Origin: Hormiphora californensis
Lineage: Eukaryota; Animalia; Ctenophora
NCBI GenBank assembly: GCA_020137815.1
Contig: CM035357.1
Coordinates: 5,518,001-5,582,000, forward strand
Reading direction: 5' to 3'
Length of the DNA stretch: 64,000 bases
Positions 34,209 through 45,025 of the stretch are shown one piece after another. The notes below the pieces were generated by a model. It saw only the letters and a list, made by a program, of their open reading frames with translations. It did no database searches and had not been told where the DNA came from. Position 1 is the stretch's first letter. Each line of letters starts with the position of its first letter. The position numbers and the translations under genes are program-made.

Positions 34209-35900
34209 ATGCCTCTATCAGCAGCGTTACTTCAACGACTTAAAAAGAGGGGAATCGGAGTCGAGGGTTCAGGTAAACTATGCTCATACCCAATTTTATT
34301 TTGTCGTACTATATGACTGTAATCATGTCGCACACGCGGCTCGTTTCGGAGAGGGCAGTCTTTTGTATATAATATTGACAAAAAACACTCCCACCCTGCA
34401 GATGAATGGGAGTGTCCTAACGCTTGGAACAAGTACCACACTTGCACTGATTGGTGCAAACAGAACTGGAAGGTGTCCTCCCAGAAAAAGGTAAGACACC
34501 AGGAGACTGTATGGCGGCGCCATACCCCATTTGATTCGCGACAGTGCGCTCAGATGGGGTCGCGGCGCCAGACAGCCAGGAGATCCGTGATCATTTTTAC
34601 GTGGTACCCGGTAGCTGCAAAAGGTGTCAGTGGACCATTTTTTTGGCCTAATAACAAACAAACCTCTTTCTTATTCTTATTCGGAAGTACCGAGGTACCA
34701 TCATTTCCTCAAGTATCACAATAATAATTCCCCCATCAGCCGGTGATTGAAGATATCTACGATAAGATCCCAACATGCTGGAGACTGGTACCCGATGATA
34801 AATCAGGGAGTTGCTACTTTTGGAATATCAACACAAACGTTGTTCAGTGGAGATCACCTGTCATATTAGATAGTAAGTATAGTCGGACCCCGATTTACCG
34901 GGACACCTGGGGAAATCGGGGGCCAGTGCTCAGTAAATCGGGGTCCGACTATACATTTAGTTGTTGGGAGACGATCTCAGACTGGTATCATTGGCGTGGG
35001 GGATTGAGAATTCTTTTTTGCCTTGCTACCTTCCCGATCTGGTATCTTCCTAACAAATTACCCCTCTCTCTCTCTCAGGAGATGCTAAATGTACTGCAGC
35101 AGAACCCTCCTCTATGGGACCACCACCATCCCAACCCAGTGGCCCGGCAGTGTTCTCAGCCCCCGCACAACTAGTAAGTAATTTGGGGAGGAGCCTAGCT
35201 GCCCAGCAGGAACCGACCGAATCAGGAAATACTGGTCCCTGATTGGCTGATAACCAACCACGTGACCTAAATAACGAGTACTGATTGGTTGTTTACTTGT
35301 TTCGGTCGATTCCTGCTGCCCAGACACAGGATACAATATGTTCTTGAGGAGAATGTAGTGTTTCCCGTTCCTGTTGAGTAACTCAACAAGTTCCTGGGTA
35401 GTTCACGGTGTAAACATCATGTTGCTAGTGAATTCGACCTGGCTCTGATTATATAAGCAAACTTCTAACGACAACTATGTTAATTTCTTATTGCTCTAAC
35501 GTGTTTCTATGTGTTTAGATAAAAAGGAAAGATGTACAGAGTAAGAAGGGCCCTGCCAAGAAAAGAAGGGAGGAAGAGAATGATCCAATGGATCCTTCTT
35601 CGTATAGCGATGCTCCAAAGTAAGTTTCCATTTTAATGGGGGGGGGGCAATTAACATATTGATTATATGACGCCCCCTCCCCGAGTGTGACATAATCCAT
35701 GTTGAGGGTCGTGGTGTAAATAAAAGTGTCTTTACTTGTACAATTTTCTTTCTCTCAGGGGTGATTGGAAGAGAGGTTTACCAAAGTTGGGTGATGCAAA
35801 AACGGGAGTTGATTCTACCGCGACTGGACCGCTATTCCAACAGCGACCACTTCCCTCCCCTGGTGACATAATGAGAATGAACCAAAGCAATAAGAAATGA
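34209..35900 (+). CDS. PQBP1: Polyglutamine-binding protein 1-like WW-domain splicing factor, multi-exon
   Basis: N-terminus [18 protein letters not shown] domain [32 protein letters not shown]-terminus [41 protein letters not shown]. Confidence 0.92.
34507..34575. mobile_element. ~70 bp MITE family (CTGTMTGGCG...CGCCAGACAG); other copies ~11258-11330, 13050-13142, 50985-51053, 58316-58374, 60683-60706, 61071-61161
   Basis: Recurring short inverted termini and a shared core gattc(g/t)cgacagtgcgctcagatgggt in both orientations. Confidence 0.75.
34880..34951. mobile_element. Minimal Tc1/mariner-type MITE (YAGTCGGACCCCGATTT termini, TA flanks)
   Basis: ta|tagtcggaccccgattta...taaatcggggtccgacta|ta. 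Same termini as 37028-39212 and 54168-54339. Confidence 0.8.
35207..35315. mobile_element. ~109 bp hAT-type MITE with 8-bp TSD; further copies 47149-47250 and 60494-60602 (opposite orientation)
   Basis: ctgcccag|caggaaccgaccga...tcggtcgattcctg|ctgcccag. The copy at 47149 is flanked by aactcaaa repeats. Confidence 0.85.
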
Positions 35901-37027
35901 ACTATAATGGACTCTTAATATTATATCTCCCCTTAATCTTTCTCAATTACCACCATATTACCACCGATATCAGACTGGAACATTGTTTTAGTGGTATTCA
36001 CTGTTTGGCGATGTGGAATGTGGATTCAGAATTTGACTGCTTAACTTTTAATTGTATGTAATGACATCAACAGCTTCCATGTCAGCAATGAATCGTGTTT
36101 CTCGCATTCTTCCCTTATCTGCCAAGTTTGGCAGCATAATACATTGTGCGGCTGTAATACCATCACTGCGCCGCAATCATCCGCCGCGCTTATTGTTCTC
36201 AAAACGTCGATTTATTTCACGCGCGCGCCTTAAATTTTGAAATTTCAGTTCGGGGCAAAAGTTTTTTTAAATCTAGGTCAGTGCCTCGATGAATTTTCAA
36301 TTTTGGCAAACGAGATAGGGCTGGCCCGTGGCCGTTAGGTTATGGTTAGGGCTATGTTTTGGGTTATCGGTTAGTACTATCGATTATTTATTAGAAATTG
36401 TTTGGTTTACCCGAATTGGCCATTCAGTAGGCTTAGAGGTACCTAGATTATAACTGCGACTGTACTGCAGCATAGGCCAACCGCCAAATGTTCCAAAAAA
36501 TACATATAGAAAAGCACTGCATCACTTTGAGGGGCCTGCCAATTCCACAAACAAGGTCTGTAAGGGTGTGACTAAGGAGGTTTTCCGGAAGCAGGACCCC
36601 AGTGGCCAGCCGCCAGTTATTTCCACTGTTTGCCATAAAATCGTTCAAGGATTTCATAAAAGGGGATTTTCAAAGAATTAAGAATGTAAAATAACATCTT
36701 GATGTCACAAGTTTCAGAGCTGCAAGGAGCCATTTTCCGTTATCGTAAGGACTAATGATTAGGGTGTCTGGGATCTTACTATCAGAGACGATTTGATTCA
36801 GCTGGACACTGCTTAATAGTGCCTTTTAATCGGTGTCGTTAATTGGAGAAAATGCTTCCAGGAGCCAATGAATTAGTTAACGATCATTTAGATTGTTCCC
36901 CCGAAAGCAGTATGATTCACCTGTTGACAACCATGCTCATTTATAACACATTATTTTCACATGCATGTGTAATTCACTGTCCGTCAATGCCGAATATGCA
37001 AATCATCTAGCACCCGAATAATATATA

Positions 37028-39212
37028 CAGTCGGACCCGATTTAGGGACCCCGATTTAGGACACCCCCCCGATTTAAGGACAGGATTTTTTCCCCCACAA
37101 ATTTGAATTGTTGGGAAATTTTTGTGAAATTTTCAAAAAGATTCCGCATGTCCGGGAATCGGGTTTCCGAATCGGTCCCTTATCGCATGCCTTCTGCTAA
37201 TTAGACGGTTCGGGAACGAACAGATACGGTGATCCAATGGTGCCATCGAATCACAAGTTCACCAGTCCAGCGTCAAAATCGATTCGATGGGATCACGTTT
37301 CGATTCGTTTCCGTCTAATTAGCGCAGGACATGCGATAAGATGCACCGTTCGAACACGGATTCGGACGTGGCTGTATATACATTTAAAAAATTTTATAAC
37401 TTTTTTGCAAAATTTTACAGTCCGATTGTAATGCTGTTGATCGGTGTCCCCTTAAATTTTGAGAGAAAAGTTATTGAAATTTTTATTACTTTCCTCACCC
37501 GCTTGGCACCGGCGTGCATGGTGAAATTGAACACGACCTAGCTGCAACGGGAAAACCAACACTTGTACGTGGAGCGGAGGGTCAACAGAATGGCGCTACG
37601 GTGCGGGAAAAAAAAGTCCATGCCCTAAAATCGATTTTTTTACTTTTATTTGATTTGGGTCAAAATTGGCTATATTAAACGTGGTCCCGAAAAATCCATA
37701 ATGACTTAGCACACGAAATATGTCACCCCTACCTATTTTTTGCACGTAGAATCGATTGCCGTTGAAGTCGAATTTCTAAAATGACTGTAAAATGGTCAAA
37801 AGTTGATTTTTTACCATTTTTTGGAGGTTTTTGGCCCCTAAACCATTGAAAACGTTGAGATAGGGATTTGAAACTAGTGCCAATCGTTAAAATGGTCATT
37901 TTTCTACCAAGAACCAAGTTTTCGTGTATATCCGATTTATGGTTAGATTTGGGCAAATTGTTGAAATCTGCCAACTAGGAGAACCGTAACTTGATTTTCT
38001 TGTTTTTTGGATTTTGGCATTTTTGACAAACTTCTGATTAAAATGGTCAATCGGGACCATGCTTAAGTCGTTTATGGGACAATTTTCGACTAAAATCCAA
38101 GATTTCATACCAATCCAATAACAGATCGTTGATTTATAGAAATTTAAGTAGGCAAAACGGTCAAAATAAGCAAGAAAAGTTGTCATTTTGACCGTTTGCC
38201 TACTTATTTTCTATAAATCAACGATGTTATTGGATTGGTATGAAATCTTGGATTTTAGTCGAAAATTGTCCCATAAACGACTTAAGCATGGTCCCGATTG
38301 ACCATTTTAATCAGAAGTTTGTCAAAATGCCAAAATCCAAAAAACAAGAAAATCAAGTTACGGTTCTCCATGTTGCAGATTTCAACAATTTGCCAAATCT
38401 AACCATAAATCGGATATACACGAAAACTTGGTTCTTGGTAAAAAAATGACCATTTTAACGATTGGCACTAGTTTCAAATCCCTATCTCAACGTTTTCAAT
38501 GGTTTAGGGGCCAAAAACCTCAAAAAATGGTGTAAAAAATCAACTTTTGACCATTTTACAGTCATTTTAGAAATTCGACTTCAACGGCAATCGTTTCTAC
38601 GTGCAAAAATAGGTAGGGGTGACATATTCGTGTGCTAAGTCATTATGGATTTTTCGGGACCACGTTTAATATAGCCAATTTGACCCAAATCAAATAAAAG
38701 TAAAAAAATCGATTTTAGGGCATGGACTTTTTTTTCCCGCACCGTAGCGCCATTCTGTAGACCTTCAGCTACCACGTACAAGTGGTGGTTTCCCGTTGCA
38801 TGCTAGGTCGTGTTAAAATTTCACCAGGCACGCCGTGTAGGGTGCCCCGATTCGGTATGGTATCACGTATCGGTTCGTTTTGAACCCGCTAATTAGACAG
38901 GATATCCAGTAAGTTGCACCGATTCGAAATACAAACCGGACGGGCTGGTATAACTTAGAAAATTTTCCATATTTTTTTGAAAAAGAATTCTTTTATATTT
39001 TTCTTTTTCTAATCAGAAATGATTATGTCATCAATACATGAATATTGCATATAACAGTTAGAGGTGTCTTTAGTCTTAATAATATAGTATGTATTTTGGG
39101 CAATAAAATAGGTTTTTTGGGTCAAATATGGCTCACCCCGATTTAGTGGACACCCCGATTTAGTGGACAAGACCCTTTCCCCCGAGGGTGTCCCTAAATC
39201 GGGGTCCGACTG
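37028..39212. mobile_element. Composite element: Tc1/mariner-type MITE termini (TA flanks) enclosing a ~1.35 kb internal palindrome (37505-38835, centre ~38182)
   Basis: ta|cagtcggacccgattta ... taaatcggggtccgactg|ta. Inner arms are mirrored (ORFs 37896..38186- and 38240..38449+ share sequence). Extra hairpin at 37179-37340. Confidence 0.8.
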
Positions 39213-39410
39213 TAATAGGGGATTGCATAACCAAAATTATATATTAGATTTTCAATTCTCGCACTATATGTTGTCGATAGTCAGAGCGCTCCTATTGGTT
39301 AAAAAGATAGCTTGTGCATTGGCCTGCTTGCAGCACCCAACCGAAATAGTTTGTTGAAACCCGTTTTCTCACTAGTTAAGCAGTACCTTGCATTTTGCAA
39401 GTAACCTCAA

Positions 39411-42400
39411 ATGATGATCAGACTGAAAAGATTCATTTTCCTCTTATTATCAGGTACTAGGCAAATTGATATGACTAATTTTGGCTTTGTCTACCTCTTG
39501 AACCAACGAAGAATCTTTTATATTAGTGCTAATTTAATTCTTTATCCAGTGATCGTAGTCGAGGCATTTCTGAGGCCGAAAGATTGTAAGATAACCGGTC
39601 CTCACCAAGGATTCCTAAAGCGTGTTTGCACTCATCAGTACTCAGAGGACGATAGCTTTAAAGATGTTGTTCAGTTGTTCCAGTGCCACAACTCAGATGA
39701 TTTCTACTACACCCTCCGATCTTCACGGTGGATGTTTAACGCAACTTGTCCCCTGGACCCCCTACAATATGAAATGTGCGGGTATTTGAATGTCGAAATG
39801 ACGGCTCTTCTTCCAAATGAGGCACTTTGTGGGGTTGCAGCGTGTACGGCGTGGAGTGGAGGGGCAACCTACTATCCCCGGGCAACCCGTGACATATGTC
39901 AAGGCGAGCCGTGTCTGGGGGGCCATTACCAGCCGGTCTGTGAGAATGTGACGGAGATAACGTGTAACGGTGTGTGTGACGATCCCGTGTGCAACGATGA
40001 GATTCATTGCGGGGAATATATTTACGGTTACAAGTGTTCAGAGAAAACAGGGTATCTACCATCCACCACAGCATGCATCTTGAGTAGGTCTAACCAGGAT
40101 AAAACTCTTTGTCTACACCCTTCCATGTCATGTACAGCCGACTCCGGATTGGAAATGTGCACAATAAAATACGTTTACCTGTATCTTGTTGTACCAATTT
40201 TTAATTTTACCCGCTGTGCCACCATTAAAATTAACCATCGGTACAAAACAAGTGCAGATGATGAGAGGTATGGCTTTGAAAAGGGTGACTTTTACACTCC
40301 CCATTGTCTCAACTTCATGGACCAGACGAATTGTTCCGATCCTGCCAGGGTGGCCATGTCATGCCCCATACGGGGCTACATGTCTACCGTCGCCAAGGTA
40401 ATGGTGTGTGGTGGCCTACGGGAGGGTCTTTGCGATGACAACATGGATATCCTCTGTGTGGATGTGACCTCTACCTGTACCATCCACAAGCACCAGATGT
40501 GTGACGGTACCAGGGACTGTCCCTCGGGACAGGATGAGTTCAACTGTAAGTGGATGACTGGTAAAGGATGTACGAGAAAGTATAAGCCCGAATCTAATCC
40601 CCAGCCCTTCCCCCTTGACTGGATAGGAGACCATGTTGAGGACTGCGTTGGTGGAAAGGATGAGGTGTTAGACCTGTGGCCGACTTGTGGGAAAGGAGGC
40701 AAGTTCCATCGCATCGTGAAAGATAACAGCACTTGTGTAGACGTCTTCCAGTGCAAGTTTGGTTCTCGTAAAATCATACCTCCCAGCTTGTTGTGTGATG
40801 GGGTCGATACGTGCGGAAATGAAAATTCAGTCTGTCGACGACTAGTTCCCGATATTTCAAATAAGATAGTCCAAGGCACTGTTTGGAATAAATACATAAG
40901 CCCTTGTTTACCTGGCCTAGAAAACCTCATCCCTTAGAAGGCAAGTGTACCGGTCTAACTACTTCACAGATGCACAACTCTCATATTTTCGGTATGGAAC
41001 GGGAAACTCAAATTTCTGCTCCAGAAAAGATGTCTTGCTCCTATACATTTGGGGAGGTGTACGTCTATCTAACATGTTTGGGTATCTGCAAAGAAAATGT
41101 CCAATCTCAAAAGAACCTCTTAAACGCGATTCCTGTCCGGCAGAGTTTAAACGCCGTTTTTTCACAATCGCAGACCAAAAAACACTAACGTTTGTTATGC
41201 AGAAGGAGGGATCGTACGGACAGGATATCTTTGAATGTAAAAACAACAGATGCTTACGCTATGATAAAGTCTGTAACCTGATCGATGATTGTGGAGATGG
41301 CAGTGATGAGAAAATTGCGAAAACCATTTCCGGTGTAAATCTGCAAAAGGTCAAGGTCAGCTCTATTTCCCTTTGTATGCGGTGTGTGATGGGTACCCAA
41401 CTGTATGGACCTATCAGATGAGTGCAACGACCGGTGTAGCAAAGAAATTTTGGAAGGATTCTACTTGAAATTAAGTGCATGTGTCTTAGGATTTCTTGCA
41501 ATTGGACTTAATTTGTGGACCTTGGGGAATGTAGTTCTGCAGCTTAAAAAAGTCACTAGCCAGACAGCCCTTGAGAACAGAATACTGGTAGCAACCATCA
41601 GCCTTGGCGATCTGTTCACTGGTGCGTATCTCCTGGCAATATCTATCGCTGGTATACTTCCGAGCAGTTATTGTGAACGCCAGGCTTATTGGCTGGCCAG
41701 CAGGTACTGCGATGCCCTGGGTATTGTCAGTACAACAGGAAGTGCAATCTCGGTGATGTCCATGACCTTCCTTAGCCTGTCACGAGTACGGGGAGTAAGA
41801 TCGGGAATCCAACGTTTAACTTCCGAAGTTAAATTTGGACCTCCTCTGATGTCGACCGGTGTCATTATCGTTGTTTCGATGATATTTTCCAGTTTCCCTG
41901 TGGTGTTTCTCAATATGTTTGAGGATGTCTTTGTCAATGGGCAGGTATGGGACAAGGATGTTAAGTTTTTCATTGGGAACATTGGTAAAGCAGAGCACTT
42001 GGAGGCCATTCAAGCTTACTACGGAAGAATCTTGGGGAGGTCCTCGGCTGATTCTGGCCAATCCTGGGATAAGATAACAGCTCTGATAAGGGGCATGTAC
42101 ACGAATGACTATGGAAACTTGGAAGGTTTAAATTCCCTAGTTGGTTTTTATGGCAACGAGGGCGTGTGCCTTTTCAAATTTTTTGTCCTCCCCAATGATC
42201 CACAATTCGCATTTTCACTGACCTACCAACTTTTAAATATGGCTTGCTTGGGAATAATATGTGCCTGTTACGTATACATCGAAGCAAAGTCGAGGAAGAG
42301 CCTGAAAAATCTAAATTTCAACAGGGAAAATGGGCGTCAAAATCCTGCTATACTGGCCCGTATGGAGCAACAAAGAAGATGCAATGGAAAGTGAGCATGA

Positions 42401-42759
42401 TCATTGGAACAGATTTAATCTGTGGCTTCCCCTCCTATCCTGTCGTTCTGTCACATGGCTGAGGTGGTGGATGCGACCCCCTACTACGATGTGTTCTCTG
42501 TATTATCCTCCCCATCAATTCCTCCATCAACCCTCTGCTATACAGCGATTACGCACACGATTTATTCCAGACGGTTTGGAAGTGGGTTACAAAGATAAGC
42601 AAGAATAAAAACCAGGCCCGGGATTATCGAAATGGATGTCCTTCGGAATTTAGCGGCTTTACCAGAGTGTACATCATTTGGTGGCTAGCTGATCAAAGTA
42701 GCACAGCTGACCAATGTAGCACAGCTGATCAAAGTGAAACTCTTGCAAATAACAGTTAG
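39411..42759 (+). CDS. Rhodopsin-class GPCR with a large Cys-rich ectodomain containing ~5 LDLa modules; probable single intron 39454-39549; several frameshifts (assembly errors or pseudogene); exact stop uncertain (42688 or 42759)
   Basis: Spliced signal peptide MMIRLKRFIFLLLSVIVVEA. LDLa modules CTIHKHQMCDGTRDCPSGQDE and FECKNNRCLRYDKVCNLIDDCGDGSDE. 7TM with LSACVLGFLAIGLN, TISLGDLFTGAYL, YCDALGIVSTTGS, GVCLFKF and ILPINSSINPLLY (NPxxY). Confidence 0.85.
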
Positions 42760-44765
42760 CTTATAGTGTATTACGACTCACCAGTATTCAGTTTGTTAAA
42801 ATCACACGTGTACTTAGGAGAGAGGAGAGAGCTTGACCAGAGAAATTGTGGCACATCAAAACTCTGAAGAGGAGACACTTTAAGGTACGAGAAAAAGAAA
42901 GAAAAAAAAGAGCGATATGTTTATATTGCCTAATTATCTTACTGCTGCATTTATTTGTGGGGACACGGTGGGCACTGTATAGTAGTATCATCCCGAATCC
43001 TCGCCTAGTTTGTTCTGAGTGGCTGCCGGCTGGTTTCATGATATTTTATGAGGCCCAATACCACTATTTAAGCCGTTTTGATTGATTGATTAATTGACTT
43101 TTACTTCGAATTACCGGACTCCTTGGTGGAACGATCCGTATTCAATTCCGAGTGGACAGGATAAACCGGCGTCGGGCCGAGAGGCTTCTGGGGCAAGCAT
43201 TGGGAATTTCATAGTTTCACAAAAGGTCCCAACAACTATGGACACAGAGAGGTCGCGAGAAAAAAAAGAAAGTTTCATTCATGAGAGAATCTCTATGTAA
43301 ACCCGATTCCCAATGATATTACATGTCAGGGCGGCCCTACCTTGGACAAATTAAGATTCGTGAGACCGAATTGTAAACAGTAAACTCGTGACATTTAAAA
43401 GATAGTCGAAAGTGGTCTCTACAATCCATACTGCAGAACTAGCAGCTGACATGCAGCCCCATGAAAGATGAACAAGCGATATAGGGAGAAGAGAGATAGA
43501 GACTCATATCAGATAATGAAAATTGAAAAGGTAGTAGGTAAGAGCAGAGGGCGAGGAGAGAGAGAGAGGGGGGGGGGCGAGGGAGAGAAGAGAGAGAGAA
43601 GAGAGAGAGTGGAAAAAGAGCAAATGTGTTCAACGACTGCATAGAAAATGTAATCAAGAATTTCGTGTCCCCTCTCTCCATAACAGATTGCTTGCATATC
43701 TATTCCTAGAATAAAGAATCTGTAATGAATATATCTCCTCTTACCAGCGAGAGACACGTTGTAACACCGACGCCACACGATTGTTGAAGAGTCAGAGGCA
43801 GATGATTGTTGAGTCAGAGGCAGATGATTGTTGAAAAGTCAGAGGCAGAGAGATAAGATAAGATGAGAGTGAGAGAAGATATATATAGGTAAAGACGAAG
43901 TTGTGATGAACAAATCGTCTAGAGAACGTATATATGTTACAGCTGCAGTAGACCGTAACACTGCTAAAAGAGTGCAAACGCTGAAAATAAGGGGGGGGGA
44001 AAAAAAAAGGGGGGGGGGGGTAATCAGAAGAGAAAATTTAACTAGTTAAAGGGGAAGGAGAAAAAAATCAAAAGGAAAAGAGAGGGGAGATTACTTATAA
44101 GGCGAGATAGATGAGGTGAGAGGGAGAGGGGGAGCTAGTTGGAAAAAGAAGGGGGAAAAAGGGGTGGAGGTCTTAAAAGTCTGAAATGAGTACAGGATTT
44201 CCCATTTGGAAAAAATTACTATGAAAGGGGAGAGGAAAAATTTCCAAAAAAACCCCCAAAAATTTTTTTTTAAATCTCTCTCCTCTCTTCTGTTCTTTCC
44301 TTTCTCCACTTCTCCCCTTTCTCTTTTTCTTCTCTCTCTCTCTTCTCCTCTCGCTGCCCTTTTGGTGTTTCTTATGTCCCTCGAGGAATTTACACACGCC
44401 CCGGTCGAGCAACAATTTTCCCAGGAGGCGCTAAAAAGGGGGGAAATAAAAAGGGTCGAGAATCAGGGAAAAGGAGAGAGGGGGTTAGGGAGAGAAATTT
44501 GTAGAAAAATTTGAGGAGAGGAGAGAGGAGAAGAAATAAGAAGAAAAATTGAGGGGAGGAGAGGAGAGAAGGAAGAAAGGAGGGAGGAAAGGGGGAGGGG
44601 GAGAGAGGAAAAGAGAGGAAAAAAGGCCATGGATCCCTTTAAACTGTCTAAGTTAGTGTAACAATGGGGTGTTTTTTACCGCGGGGGGAAGATCAGGGAA
44701 CTTTCCTCTTTCTCCTTTTTTCTCTCTCTATCTCTTCTCTCTCCTCCTCCTTCTTTCCTCTTTTA

Positions 44766-44805
<40 letters not shown>

Positions 44806-45025
44806 CCACTTCATCAATCTCTGAAGATTTGATCCCAAAATCATATGGGTCCCAAGAAATGAACGTGTAACCTAATTGTTGAACAATTCACAGAGACAGT
44901 AATCATATTTCATAGTGACGTGGCATGTTAATCCTGATCAGATCTCATATGATCATGTCTGGTATTATTATCACCCTCTCACATTCCCCACAAGTTGGTT
45001 CCTAACAACACCCCCCCCCCTCCAG

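Noticed and set aside
43980-44810. Purine/pyrimidine-skewed region with long homopolymers upstream of SLC6
   Set aside because: Looks like low-quality, unpolished consensus; the SLC6 first exon cannot be called reliably here.
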